Assembly: GCA_016203665.1 (NCBI GenBank)
Contig: JACQMJ010000008.1
Coordinates: 19,150 to 83,149 of the forward strand
Direction: 5' to 3'
DNA: 64,000 nt
DNA from: Candidatus Sungiibacteriota bacterium
Lineage (GTDB): Bacteria > Patescibacteriota > Minisyncoccia > Sungbacterales > SURF-37
The stretch's first letter is position 1. Each line of letters opens with the position of its first letter. A program made the translations under genes and the position numbers. Of this stretch, positions 8,912 to 18,359 are shown one piece after another. The notes below the pieces were generated by a model that had not been told where the DNA came from, did not search any database, and was given only the letters and a program-made list of their open reading frames with translations.

Positions 8912-9480
8912 CAGTTTTCTAGTTTGATAATATTTTGGATCAATCTCGCCGCGGCGGGCAGATCATCCACGATATGGTGCGGTTGGGCCCGCCCGCCGCG
9001 CTCGACCTCGGCACCGTAGCCGGTACGGACAAGAATGGCTGTGGCTCCGGCAGCCCGGCCGAACTCAATATCAATGGCTTTGTCGCCAATCATGAAACTT
9101 TTCGAAGAATCGAAACTATGCTCCGCGAGCGCCCGCTCAAAGAGGCCGAGCTTGGGCTTGCGGCACATGCAGCCATCTTCCGGCGCGTGCGCGCATACAT
9201 ATATACCGTCAAGCCTGACCCCCTCGTTTGCGAGGAGCCCGATCAGCCGCCGGTGTACAGCATTGAGCTCGGCGCTCGTGAAAAAGCCGCGCCCGATTCC
9301 GGCCTGGTTGGTGACCACCGCCAAGCCGAGGCCGAGGGCCTGGAGATCGCGGAGGGCGGAAGCCGCTTTGCGGGTCAACTCCACGCCAGCGGGATCGGAG
9401 AGGTATATCTTCTCCTGGATGAGCGTGCCATCGCGATCAAGCAGTACGAAACGGCGCCGGAGCATGGGTCGCAAGTTCAT
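8911..9480 (-). CDS. gmhB: D,D-heptose 1,7-bisphosphate phosphatase (HAD-IIIA)
   Basis: HAD motif I is present as LLDRDGTLI, and the overall pattern is HAD IIIA (...VVTNQAGIGRG..., ...MIGDKAIDIEFG). The stop/start overlaps gmhA. Confidence 0.75.
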   Translation of the reverse strand: MNLRPMLRRRFVLLDRDGTLIQEKIYLSDPAGVELTRKAASALRDLQALGLGLAVVTNQAGIGRGFFTSAELNAVHRRLIGLLANEGVRLDGIYVCAHAPEDGCMCRKPKLGLFERALAEHSFDSSKSFMIGDKAIDIEFGRAAGATAILVRTGYGAEVERGGRAQPHHIVDDLPAAARLIQNIIKLEN

Positions 9481-9495
9481 AGTACCGCCAACGCC

Positions 9496-10014
9496 TCAAG
9501 CGACGTAGCGGCCGGCTTCATCCCGCTGGGAGAGGATGGGATGTTTCACCGGCCACCAGATGTTGAAGCGCGGATCGTCCCAGCGGTAGGAGGCCTGGCG
9601 CGCCGGATCATAATAGGCCGACTGCTTGTAGTGGAAGATGGTTGAGTCTGAAAGCACGAGATGCGCCACACCGTGCTTGGGGGGTATAAGCACTTGGCGA
9701 CGCGCCGGGGCGGAGAGCACGAAGGATTCCCATTTGCCGAAGTGCGGCGAAGTTTCGTCGCAGTTCACTATAACGAGATAGAAGCGGCCGGCCAAGCACG
9801 ATACGAGCTTCCAGGACGCGGCATCGGCGTGGATACCGCGGAGGACGCTTTTTGTCGAAACCGAAAAATCATCTTCAACGAACTTCACGCCAATGCCCTC
9901 GGCGCGGTAGCGCTCCTCGTTATAGGTCTCTACGTAGTAGCCGCGGAAATCCTCAAAGATGTCGGGCTCGATCAGGCGTACGCCCGCAAGCGTGGTGTCG
10001 GAGACCCTGATCAT
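9496..10014 (-). CDS. dTDP-4-dehydrorhamnose 3,5-epimerase family (RmlC-like cupin sugar epimerase)
   Basis: Cupin signature: FEDFRGYYVETYNE...LRGIHAD...YYDPARQASYRWDDP. This is a typical RmlC fold sequence. Confidence 0.7.
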   Translation of the reverse strand: MIRVSDTTLAGVRLIEPDIFEDFRGYYVETYNEERYRAEGIGVKFVEDDFSVSTKSVLRGIHADAASWKLVSCLAGRFYLVIVNCDETSPHFGKWESFVLSAPARRQVLIPPKHGVAHLVLSDSTIFHYKQSAYYDPARQASYRWDDPRFNIWWPVKHPILSQRDEAGRYVA

Positions 10015-10607
10015 AGCGCTCCTTCCTTAAGGGTGCGTATAGGAGGCTGGGCGGGCGGGCGGACCGGAAACTGCTTAATGCACTGGACATTCAGGCTCAT
10101 GAGCCTGCCGCGCACGAAGTCCATATGCGGCAGGTAGGCCCTGGAGTAATCGTCAAACTCGGCGTGCTCAATGGTCCGCCAATCGTAGCGGCTGATGCGC
10201 TTGAAGCCGGCCTCGGCGAGGAGAGAGCGGAGCCCGCCGTAGGTGAAGACGCGGTAATGGCGATCGTGGCCGTGGACATCGGCGCCGAAGATAAGATTTA
10301 AAAGGTTTTCCAGATCCTTGGTCTCGGCATAGTACTCGGCAATAGCGTCCCAATCCGGTACGGCCAGACGCAGCATGCCGCCCGGCTTCAGCACGCGGTT
10401 CCATTCGCACAGCGCGGGAAACGTGAGCGGCCGCGGGAGGTGTTCGAGCACGCAAGCGGAGTAGAGGTAGTCGGCGTGATCATCGGGAAAGGAGGAAAGA
10501 TCCTCCACCCGCGTGTTGGGGCACTCGATGCCGGGGATGTCCCGGGCATCCACATTGATGAACCCCGGCAGGGGGCGATCCCCGCAGCCGAGGTTGATTT
10601 TGACCAT
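10011..10607 (-). CDS. class I SAM-dependent methyltransferase (Methyltransf_11-like)
   Basis: Motif I is INLGCGDRP, followed by LKPGGMLRL. The start was taken at the internal ATG (MVKINLGCGD). Confidence 0.6.
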   Translation of the reverse strand: MVKINLGCGDRPLPGFINVDARDIPGIECPNTRVEDLSSFPDDHADYLYSACVLEHLPRPLTFPALCEWNRVLKPGGMLRLAVPDWDAIAEYYAETKDLENLLNLIFGADVHGHDRHYRVFTYGGLRSLLAEAGFKRISRYDWRTIEHAEFDDYSRAYLPHMDFVRGRLMSLNVQCIKQFPVRPPAQPPIRTLKEGAL

Positions 10608-10712
10608 TGTATCCCAGGTTGGGTTTTGGGTGTTGGCTGCTATCATGCTCTCAAGAAAGAATACCCTGCCGGCAAAGCGGCGGTAACGACGCCTCCAGTA
10701 AAGTCAACGCCG

Positions 10713-11453
10713 TTACAGCCCGGAGCGGTGCTCCAGGACGTAGCGGATTGTTCGGACGAACGCGCGCGGAATCTCAACGAAGTGATTGATCTTGGTCCGG
10801 CCGTGCGGCCGTTCAGCGAACGTAACCGGCACCTCGGCGATCCGAGCGCCGCGGCGAGCGCCGAGAAGTACCATCGCAATGAGGAGGAAGCTTGATGCCT
10901 CCTCAAGCGCCAGACTTTCCCAGAGCGAGCGCCGGATGGCGCGGCAGTTGGCGGTGAAATCATGGAGCGGAATGCCGGTGAGCCAGCGGATAAGCCGGTT
11001 TTCCCAGGCGCTCGAGAAACGCCTCATTTTGAGCTCGAGCGTCGGCGCGGCAAAGAGCGAACCGGCGGAGTGGCGCGACCCGACGACGAGATCCTGCCCC
11101 GCCGCAAGCGCCCGATACACCCTAAGCGCATCCGGCGGCGGATATGAGCCGTCAACGTCAATGGACAAAATCATCTCGCCCCGCGCCCGGTCATAGCCCT
11201 CACAAAGCGCACTGCCGAATCCGCGCCGATCATGGCGCACCAGGAGCTCAACTGAATAGCGACCGCAAAGCTCACGCACGACGGCCGCCGTGCCATCCGG
11301 CGAATTATCGTCCACGACAATAATCTCGTGGTCAATCTCCCGAAAATGCTCGGCGAGCGCCGGAATGAACCTCCGGGCGTTCTCCCGCTCGTTATAGGTC
11401 GGGATAACGATAGAAAGCGCCGGCGAACGGCCATTCGAACCTTCAGCATTCAT
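10713..11453 (-). CDS. GT2 glycosyltransferase, polyprenol-phosphate sugar transferase (Dpm1/GtrB-like)
   Basis: GT2 hallmarks: LSIVIPTYNEREN, IIVVDDNSPDGT and the DxD motif SIDVDGS, in a Dpm1-like C-terminal pattern. The start is at 11453 (MNAEGSNG). Confidence 0.75.
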   Translation of the reverse strand: MNAEGSNGRSPALSIVIPTYNERENARRFIPALAEHFREIDHEIIVVDDNSPDGTAAVVRELCGRYSVELLVRHDRRGFGSALCEGYDRARGEMILSIDVDGSYPPPDALRVYRALAAGQDLVVGSRHSAGSLFAAPTLELKMRRFSSAWENRLIRWLTGIPLHDFTANCRAIRRSLWESLALEEASSFLLIAMVLLGARRGARIAEVPVTFAERPHGRTKINHFVEIPRAFVRTIRYVLEHRSGL

Positions 11454-11494
11454 AGTCCACAAGACCACCAACGGTATACAATGCTAAAAACGCC

Positions 11495-12817
11495 ATGCAT
11501 CCCCATTACACCACAAGCGACTCATCTTCGCATCCCCGAACGATCCGAATCCTGCGGCGGGCCGGGGCGATCATCGGCGAGGCCGCCGTGGCCGGAATTA
11601 CCATTGCCCTGCTCCTTGAACTCGCGCTGCGTCTTTTCCCCGCGCTCATTCCGCTCCCGCTCCTCGTGAACTTCGAGAAGCACCTCCGCGGCGAAATCGC
11701 TGCCAGGGTACACCTGCCGCTGGAAGCCAATGCCCTCGACGTTGGACGCGATGACGGAGGACTGCGTCTCCTCTCCTACAAGCCCAACGCCACTGTGGCG
11801 CGGCCGGTTGACGGCGCGGATGAGCGCTTCGGTGCCGTAGCCAGCGTCACCCTCGACGAGTTTGGATTCTGCAACCCGCCGGGCGCGGCCGGGCGCATTG
11901 ATATCGTCGCTATCGGCGATTCGTTCACCTGGTGCACGCGCGTCGCGCCCGAAGACACCTGGACCGCCCTCGCCTCCGAGCGGAGCGGCTACCGGATCTA
12001 CAGTTTGGGACTAGGCGGAACCGAACCCTACGGCTACCTCCAGATTTTGAAACGCCTCGGCCTGGATATGTCCCCCCGAGCGGTCATCATGAATATCTAC
12101 GAGGGCAATGATTTCCAAGGCGCTCTGGAGTACCGCCAGTACCTCACCCAGCGAGAACGTGAGCAAGGGGGCGGCTTGGAACGTCCACTAGGGGCCTGCA
12201 TGGCACTGCCTACCACGCTCTGCCGCATCTACCGCACCCTCAAAGAGGGCTGGCTCGGCAGATCAAGCTATGTCTTTAACGCTGCCGCAAACGCCCTGCG
12301 GGAGGCTGTGGCCAGAGCACGCGAGGCCGAGCGCCCCAGCCGCCGCTTCGCGGTCGTCACGGCGCAGGGAGAGGTCGAGTTCAACGCCGCCCAGGCCAGC
12401 GACTGGGACGGCGCAGAAAAACTCCGCGCCGGCGAAGCGGATTTAAGCGTGTTTGACGATGCCCTGGAGGAATTCGTCATCCTCTCCCGGCGCCACGGCT
12501 TCTTGCCGATCGTTACCTACGCGCCGGCGGCGTTCAGCGCCTATCGCAAACGCATCCATTTTGAGGATCCGGCGGTAGAGGAACTGGCCAACTGGTTCAG
12601 CGAGGCGCAACGGGCGTACTTCCGGGCCAAAGCCGGGGAACTGGGCTATGCCTTTATCGACTACACCCCTAGCCTGCGCCAGGCGGCGGCGGGCGATGCC
12701 CTGCTCTATTTCCCGGTAAACCTCCATCTCACCAGAGCCGGCCATCAGGCAGTGGCTGGCGCACTCCAGGATTTTCTCGTCCAACAAAACATCCTGCCGC
12801 CGCAGCAACAACGGTAA
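11495..12817 (+). CDS. membrane-anchored SGNH/GDSL-fold hydrolase-like protein (possible glycan O-acyl-modifying enzyme)
   Basis: This is the only long ORF in this interval and it is on the plus strand. It has an N-terminal TM helix, GDSL block I (IVAIGDSFTW), and a C-terminal block-V-like NLHLTRAGHQ. Confidence 0.45.
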   Translation: MHPHYTTSDSSSHPRTIRILRRAGAIIGEAAVAGITIALLLELALRLFPALIPLPLLVNFEKHLRGEIAARVHLPLEANALDVGRDDGGLRLLSYKPNATVARPVDGADERFGAVASVTLDEFGFCNPPGAAGRIDIVAIGDSFTWCTRVAPEDTWTALASERSGYRIYSLGLGGTEPYGYLQILKRLGLDMSPRAVIMNIYEGNDFQGALEYRQYLTQREREQGGGLERPLGACMALPTTLCRIYRTLKEGWLGRSSYVFNAAANALREAVARAREAERPSRRFAVVTAQGEVEFNAAQASDWDGAEKLRAGEADLSVFDDALEEFVILSRRHGFLPIVTYAPAAFSAYRKRIHFEDPAVEELANWFSEAQRAYFRAKAGELGYAFIDYTPSLRQAAAGDALLYFPVNLHLTRAGHQAVAGALQDFLVQQNILPPQQQR

Positions 12818-12840
12818 CGCCGGAGAAGAAAAATCACGGG

Positions 12841-13710
12841 CTATACAGCACGCCGCTGCCGCTCCAGCGCAATCAAGCGGGCGATGATTTCCGGCAGCTC
12901 GATCTTGGGCTGCCAGCCCAGCCGGGCATCAGAATCGGCGGTATCACAGGTGAGCGTAAAGGACTTTGCCGTCGGCGCCGTGAACTTAATCGTCCCGCCG
13001 GTCTGCTCCGCACAGAGCCGCGCCAGGTCAGCCATGGCGATGCGGTTCCCCGAGAGGAAAAACTGGTAAAAGCCGGGGGCGGCCGTGCGAGCAAAGTCGA
13101 TGGCGCACCGGAAACCGTCGGCCGCATCATCCACAAAGAGCCACTCGCGCTCATGCATCCCGCTGCCGTAGACCGCTATAGGCTCGCCGGAGAGCCCGGC
13201 GCGGACAAACTCAATGGCCGCGCTCGGCGTTGGGGTATCGCCGAGCACCATGGTGGGCCGGAGGGCAAGCGCGGTCATGCCGAAGCGCCGGGCGTACTCC
13301 TCAATGGCATGTTCGGCTGCGGCCTTGGAAGCGCCGTAGGCGTGGATCGGCCGGAAGGGCGAATCGAGCATGTTGGGATGGGCCGGGTCGTTCGAGCCGT
13401 GCACCGTGAGCGAGCTTGCGAACACGAATGCCTTCACTCCGGCCATGCGGCAAGCCTCAAGAAGGTTCAGCGTGCCGGCGAAGTTCGTACGGAAAAGTTC
13501 GGCGATGTTCTGGGACCCAACTCCGCCCAGAAGTGCGGCCAGGTGCACCACGGCATCCGGCTTGATCATGGCTATGCGCTCGCCGATTAGAGCCGCATTC
13601 CGAATATCCGCCTCCGGGAGATCTAAACTGGAAACGATAAAATCCCGCAGGCGTTCAGGGAGATGCCGGCCGATGAACCCGGATCCGCCGATAACAGCTA
13701 CCTTGTCCAT
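12841..13710 (-). CDS. NAD-dependent epimerase/dehydratase (extended SDR)
   Basis: Rossmann motif VAVIGGSGFIGRHL and the catalytic YxxxK element (HAYGASKAAAE) are present. The start was taken at the internal ATG 13710 (MDKVAVIGGSG). The N-terminal extension in the track ORF is unlikely to be real. Confidence 0.7.
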   Translation of the reverse strand: MDKVAVIGGSGFIGRHLPERLRDFIVSSLDLPEADIRNAALIGERIAMIKPDAVVHLAALLGGVGSQNIAELFRTNFAGTLNLLEACRMAGVKAFVFASSLTVHGSNDPAHPNMLDSPFRPIHAYGASKAAAEHAIEEYARRFGMTALALRPTMVLGDTPTPSAAIEFVRAGLSGEPIAVYGSGMHEREWLFVDDAADGFRCAIDFARTAAPGFYQFFLSGNRIAMADLARLCAEQTGGTIKFTAPTAKSFTLTCDTADSDARLGWQPKIELPEIIARLIALERQRRAV

Positions 13711-13732
13711 AGTCGTAAGGGTGGAAAACCGC

Positions 13733-14608
13733 TCAGCGCTCGAGACCGAGCTTTGAGCGCTGGATAGGGATAAGACGGTCGAGCATCGCATCAATGCCGG
13801 TTGTCGCGCGCCAGCCCAGCCGGGCATCAGAATCGGCGGTATCACAGGTGAGCGTAAAGGCCTGGGCCGTGGGTTTAACAAATTCCATACGACCGCCCAG
13901 ACGCGAAATGCATTTCTCGGCGAGATCTTTCATGCTAATGCGGTTCCCGGAAAGGAAAACGGGATGGTAGCCCGGGGCGGCAGCGGCAGAGAAGTCAACG
14001 GCGCGTAAAAACCCCTCGGCGCAATCATCAATCCAAAGCCATTCCCGCTCGTGCGTCCCCGTACCGAATAGCTTGATGGTGTCATCGCGCAGGAGCGTCT
14101 GCACGAAATCAACGGGCGCATGATTCATGTACGTATCCCCCAGGATGCTCACCGGCCGCACGGTCACGATGCTCATGGCATGGAGCTTGGCATACTGCAT
14201 GAGGCAGTACTCCGCCGCGGCCTTTGAGGCACTATAGGCGTGCTTGGGGTGAAAGGGCGAATTCACGGTGCGGGGATCACCAATAGCATTCTCGCCGTGC
14301 ACTGTCAGGGAGCTCGCAAAGACGTAGCGGCGCACGCCATGCTCGGCGCAACTCTGTACCAAGTTCAGGTTGCCCAGCGCATTGGTCTCGAATATCTCGT
14401 AGGCGTTCTTGGAGTACATTGTCCCCAGCACCGCGGCGAGGTTCACGACCATATCCGGCCGCGACTGTTCCAGCCGTTGGGAAAATGAAGCCGGGCGGCG
14501 GATGTCTACCTCCGGTAAATCCCACACCTCGACCTGGTGATCCGGCCGCAGCTGTTCCACGAGCGGACGACCGATGAACCCCCGGCCACCGACCACAATG
14601 ATGTTCAT
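13733..14608 (-). CDS. NAD-dependent epimerase/dehydratase (extended SDR), tandem paralog
   Basis: Motifs VVGGRGFIGRPL and HAYSASKAAAE are present. It shares a 50-nt identical stretch with the 12841..13710 gene (peptide FTLTCDTADSDARLGW). Confidence 0.7.
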   Translation of the reverse strand: MNIIVVGGRGFIGRPLVEQLRPDHQVEVWDLPEVDIRRPASFSQRLEQSRPDMVVNLAAVLGTMYSKNAYEIFETNALGNLNLVQSCAEHGVRRYVFASSLTVHGENAIGDPRTVNSPFHPKHAYSASKAAAEYCLMQYAKLHAMSIVTVRPVSILGDTYMNHAPVDFVQTLLRDDTIKLFGTGTHEREWLWIDDCAEGFLRAVDFSAAAAPGYHPVFLSGNRISMKDLAEKCISRLGGRMEFVKPTAQAFTLTCDTADSDARLGWRATTGIDAMLDRLIPIQRSKLGLER

Positions 14609-15855
14609 GGCATGCGGCCCCGGCCGATCGAGGCGTAATCAACCGCTAAAGCTTTGACGCGCTCCCGATCCAGCAGGTTTGCGGCGTCAATGAGAATCCG
14701 GCCGCGCATCCGGCCGACGAGCGAGGCAAAATCGAGCTCGCGGAAAGCCGGCTTGGAAACGGCAATCACTACCGCGTCGGCGCCGTCGAATACTTCCTTC
14801 GCGCTCGGCTTTGCGAAGGGCGAGGACTCGATATTGGGATCCCAGAGCGCCACGGCGGCACCGGCGGCGGCGAGCTTTTCCATCAGGGGGAGAAAGAGCG
14901 AACCCCGGAGCGTGCTCGTGAACGGCCGATACGTCGCCCCGAGAAATCCTATTCTTTTGCCGCGGACTTCGGGCATGCGTTCGGCGAGCTTTTTCTCGAT
15001 AAAGCCATTGTGTTCGTTATTCACGTTGATGACCTCGCGGAGCATGGGCAGATCAAAGCCGTTCCGGCGGGAGAGATCGAGCAGCACGCGGATATCCCGC
15101 TCCACGGTCTCTCCGGAAAATCCCATACCGGGCATGACGTAGGCCTTGGGACCGATACGCTTGTCATGCCTTAAAATCTCACCGATTTTTTCCAGATCAA
15201 CATTGTAGCGCTCGCTGAATTTGGTGAGCTCGGAGATAAAACTCACCGTGGTTGCCACAAACGCATTGGCCGCGTGCTTCGACATTTCGGCCTCCTCCAG
15301 CGAAACGGCAAACTTCGGGCACTGGATCGCCGAAAAAAATTCAAGCACCGCTTGGGCCGACGGCTCGCTGCCGCCGACGACAATGAAGTCCGGCTTCAAA
15401 AAACGCTCGAGCGCAGTGCCGAGGCGTAAAAATTCAGGAAAGTACGTTATGGCGATCCCCGGATAGGCCCGGGAAAACTCGCGGCAGGTACCAAGTGGCA
15501 GCTGCGAGGAAATCGCGAGTACTTTCCAGGGATGGGCACCCGCCACTTCATCGAAAAGAGACTGGAAAGCCGCAAGATCCACACCGGATGCGCTAACCTT
15601 GCAGTCCTCGGCAATAAAGCATACCTCGACCGCATTGGCTGGATCATGGATGTCGGACGAGAACGAAAGGCGCCCCGCGCGACGGAGATTCTGAATCCCC
15701 TCCTCCAGGCCAGGCTCAAAGACCGGCGGCTTGCCGGTCTCATACCCGGCGCTAACTTCCGGAGGCGCCACCAGCCGCACTTCGTGCCCGAGAGTTCCCA
15801 GGCCAACGGCATAGACGGAGGCGAGGTGCCAGGATCCGACAACGGCAGTTTTCAT
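14605..15855 (-). CDS. UDP-glucose/GDP-mannose dehydrogenase family protein (divergent)
   Basis: Overall three-domain colinearity with nucleotide-sugar dehydrogenases holds (central dimerisation helix region, C-terminal UDP-binding ...GFLGATYRP...). However, the N-terminal GxGxxG is degenerate (VVGSWHLASVYAVGL), and the catalytic-Cys motif (GGSCFPKD) reads GFSGETVERD. Confidence 0.6.
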   Translation of the reverse strand: MKTAVVGSWHLASVYAVGLGTLGHEVRLVAPPEVSAGYETGKPPVFEPGLEEGIQNLRRAGRLSFSSDIHDPANAVEVCFIAEDCKVSASGVDLAAFQSLFDEVAGAHPWKVLAISSQLPLGTCREFSRAYPGIAITYFPEFLRLGTALERFLKPDFIVVGGSEPSAQAVLEFFSAIQCPKFAVSLEEAEMSKHAANAFVATTVSFISELTKFSERYNVDLEKIGEILRHDKRIGPKAYVMPGMGFSGETVERDIRVLLDLSRRNGFDLPMLREVINVNNEHNGFIEKKLAERMPEVRGKRIGFLGATYRPFTSTLRGSLFLPLMEKLAAAGAAVALWDPNIESSPFAKPSAKEVFDGADAVVIAVSKPAFRELDFASLVGRMRGRILIDAANLLDRERVKALAVDYASIGRGRMP

Positions 15856-16788
15856 TTAGATATTTGCGTACCGCCCTCCCCGAATGATGCGGTAGCCCTT
15901 GATGAGTTCACGGATGCCATCGCCAAGGGAATAGGCGGGCTTGAATCCAGTGCGCTCTATTTTTTCGTTCGAGACAATATAATCGCGCTTATCCGGGTCT
16001 TCTCCCACCGTAGCTTCGGTAAAGTAAAAGTCAGGGATCTGCTTCTTAATCTCCCCGCAGAGTTCGCGCTTGGAAAGATTGGCGTCCGAGAGACCGACGT
16101 TGTAGGGCTCGTTTTTCATGCGCTCAAAATTCTCGATGCCGTGGAGGAATGCCCGCGCCACATCGCGGATGTGAAGGTAATTGCGCTTGAAGTCGGCCTC
16201 AAAAAGCACAAGGCAACGGTCAGTTACGGCACGGTAGACGAAGTCATTGACGAGGAGATCGAGGCGCATGCGGGGCGATACGCCGAAAACCGTGGCGAGA
16301 CGGAGCGTAATGGCATTAGCGTCGTCCAGGATAAGCCGTTCGGCCTCCACCTTTTGCCGGCCGTAGCGGGAGATCGGATTCAGCGGCGTCTCCTCGGTGC
16401 AGAAAACACCTTTCTCCCCGATGCCGTAACCGCTGTTCGTGGTCGGAAAAATTATTTTCTGCCCCGGATTACGGAGCTCCAGGAGGAGCTTGACAGCGCC
16501 GACGTTCGTTGATTCGGACTCCAGCGGCTCCTTATCACAGAGCGGAGCGCCCACCAGCGCGGCCAGCGGAATGATGAGATCTACGCCGGCGATGTGGCGC
16601 GCCATGAGTTCGCGGTCCCGGGCATCCCCGCGGACGACCTCGAGCTTGGGATGGTGGCATACGTCCAGGAGAGACGACTGCCGGAACCTGAAACTGTCGA
16701 GAACGGCAACGGCATGCCCCCGGGCCAGAAGCTCGGGGACGAGGATGGATCCGATATAGCCGGCGCCGCCGGTAACGAGAATGCGCAT
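15856..16788 (-). CDS. NAD-dependent epimerase/dehydratase (extended SDR)
   Basis: Motifs ILVTGGAGYIGS and YGRQKVEAE (YxxxK) are present. The start was taken at ATG 16788 (MRILVTGG). The upstream track extension is Pro/Ser-rich low-complexity sequence. Confidence 0.7.
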   Translation of the reverse strand: MRILVTGGAGYIGSILVPELLARGHAVAVLDSFRFRQSSLLDVCHHPKLEVVRGDARDRELMARHIAGVDLIIPLAALVGAPLCDKEPLESESTNVGAVKLLLELRNPGQKIIFPTTNSGYGIGEKGVFCTEETPLNPISRYGRQKVEAERLILDDANAITLRLATVFGVSPRMRLDLLVNDFVYRAVTDRCLVLFEADFKRNYLHIRDVARAFLHGIENFERMKNEPYNVGLSDANLSKRELCGEIKKQIPDFYFTEATVGEDPDKRDYIVSNEKIERTGFKPAYSLGDGIRELIKGYRIIRGGRYANI

Positions 16789-16792
16789 GGGG

Positions 16793-17893
16793 TTAGCCGC
16801 CGAGGGCGGCGGTGACGTCTTTGAGGTGAGCGGTAAAAAAATCGCGATGCCGCCCGATGATGTGCCGCTCCCCGGTTGGAAAGGACCACAGATGGCGCGA
16901 AAACGTAAGCTCGGAACCGTCTCGCGGGTCATCGCCATACTCCATGAGTTTTTTCATAAAAGCAATGGGGTCTTTCTCGGCGATGCCGTTGATAACTTCC
17001 CACACGCGGTGCGCATAAAAGTACCCTTCCACCGTTTCCCGAAAGTCGGTGTTCAAAATGTCCCGCACGCCGCGATCCTGCCGGTTCACCGGATCGCCGA
17101 CATGCGCATGGCGGCCGTTATTGAACAGAACCTTCTGCCATACGAATGAAGCGTAGATGTCGTCAAACTGGGCCGCATGCGGCCAGAGAATGGGCAGCGG
17201 GAAGAGGATTTTGGCGAACGCCGTATTCTGCATGTTGTAGGGCGACCAGACGTCACGGAGGCAGTAGTTTTTCTCGCTAATCGCATTGAGCGGCAGGCGC
17301 TTCGGATAGACCAGCCGCGTCATGCCGTCTATGTCAGGATCCCCCAGCGAGATGCCCTGGAAAAGGCCTACTCGCTCGGGCGGGATGGGTGCGTCTGCCG
17401 CACGAATTTCGATGGCCGAGGCAGGACGGAATGGAATCGGAAAGCCGCGCGGGTATATCTCAAACGGCGCATCCGACGTGCGGAGATAGTTGTGCCATGG
17501 GGCCGGGCCAGACGCAGCGGCCGGCACGGCCACGCGGCCAACGGGCTTGGTGAGAACGTCGTGCCACCGCCGAAAGTAGTCGGGCGACGGGATATTGTCA
17601 TCATCAATCGAAAGAATGTAATCCGGTCCAAGCTCGATGGCGCGGAGCCAGGCAATGGGCCGCCGCCGCGGCGTTTTCCAGCCGATGGTCTCACTCACGC
17701 TAAATCGCTCCTGATCCACCGGTTCAAGATACTCTACGCGGCAGAGGAACTTCGAGGTATCAAAGGGCGCCGAGTTCCGGTCGCCGGCGATCACGAACGT
17801 AACGTCCGAAAAATTGGATTCGGCCGCCAGGCGGTCAAAGGGCAGGTAGCCGCCCTCGCCGTGGATGGTTGTGCCGATGATAACAAGGCGCAT
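16793..17893 (-). CDS. putative DxD-motif glycosyltransferase/nucleotide-sugar-utilising enzyme (family uncertain; STELLO/DUF288- or GT75-like)
   Basis: Contains ILSIDDDNIP and GDPDIDG acidic motifs and is about 360 aa. It sits inside the glycan locus, overlapping the upstream gene by a few nt. No confident family assignment can be made from sequence alone. Confidence 0.35.
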   Translation of the reverse strand: MRLVIIGTTIHGEGGYLPFDRLAAESNFSDVTFVIAGDRNSAPFDTSKFLCRVEYLEPVDQERFSVSETIGWKTPRRRPIAWLRAIELGPDYILSIDDDNIPSPDYFRRWHDVLTKPVGRVAVPAAASGPAPWHNYLRTSDAPFEIYPRGFPIPFRPASAIEIRAADAPIPPERVGLFQGISLGDPDIDGMTRLVYPKRLPLNAISEKNYCLRDVWSPYNMQNTAFAKILFPLPILWPHAAQFDDIYASFVWQKVLFNNGRHAHVGDPVNRQDRGVRDILNTDFRETVEGYFYAHRVWEVINGIAEKDPIAFMKKLMEYGDDPRDGSELTFSRHLWSFPTGERHIIGRHRDFFTAHLKDVTAALGG

Positions 17894-17900
17894 AAGTCCG

Positions 17901-18359
17901 CTACCGTTTGATGAGGCTATGGCTGCGGAGAAAACGGCCGACCCCGGGGATAACCTTCCGCGGCAACGAGCGGAAAAACGAAATTTCCCTGGCCTGCCAG
18001 CTCCCCCGGGGCATTCCGCCGATCAGACGCGCCGCGAGCACGACGCTTACGCTATGCGTCACAAACCCGGGCGCAGTCCGATCTCGGAGGTACTCAACCG
18101 CACCGAGCACCTTTGACACCCGCACCTTGACGCCAAGCTCTTCGCGGCAGATCCGCTCGGCGGCGCGACTCAACGTTTCAAACTTATGCACCCGCCCGCC
18201 CGGCAAATGCCACCAGCCGCGCCACGGCGGGATGCTCCGCCGGGTGAGGAGAACGCCGCCGGATGCGCGGATCACGACGTCCGCACAAAGACGCGGCACG
18301 GCCGAGTAAATGCGTCGGTAGCTGGCCGAAGAAAGTTTTTGGAGGCGTCCGGCGCTCAT
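17901..18359 (-). CDS. NUDIX hydrolase
   Basis: NUDIX box: GGRVHKFETLSRAAERICREELGV (Gx5Ex7REUxEExGU pattern). Confidence 0.6.
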   Translation of the reverse strand: MSAGRLQKLSSASYRRIYSAVPRLCADVVIRASGGVLLTRRSIPPWRGWWHLPGGRVHKFETLSRAAERICREELGVKVRVSKVLGAVEYLRDRTAPGFVTHSVSVVLAARLIGGMPRGSWQAREISFFRSLPRKVIPGVGRFLRSHSLIKR

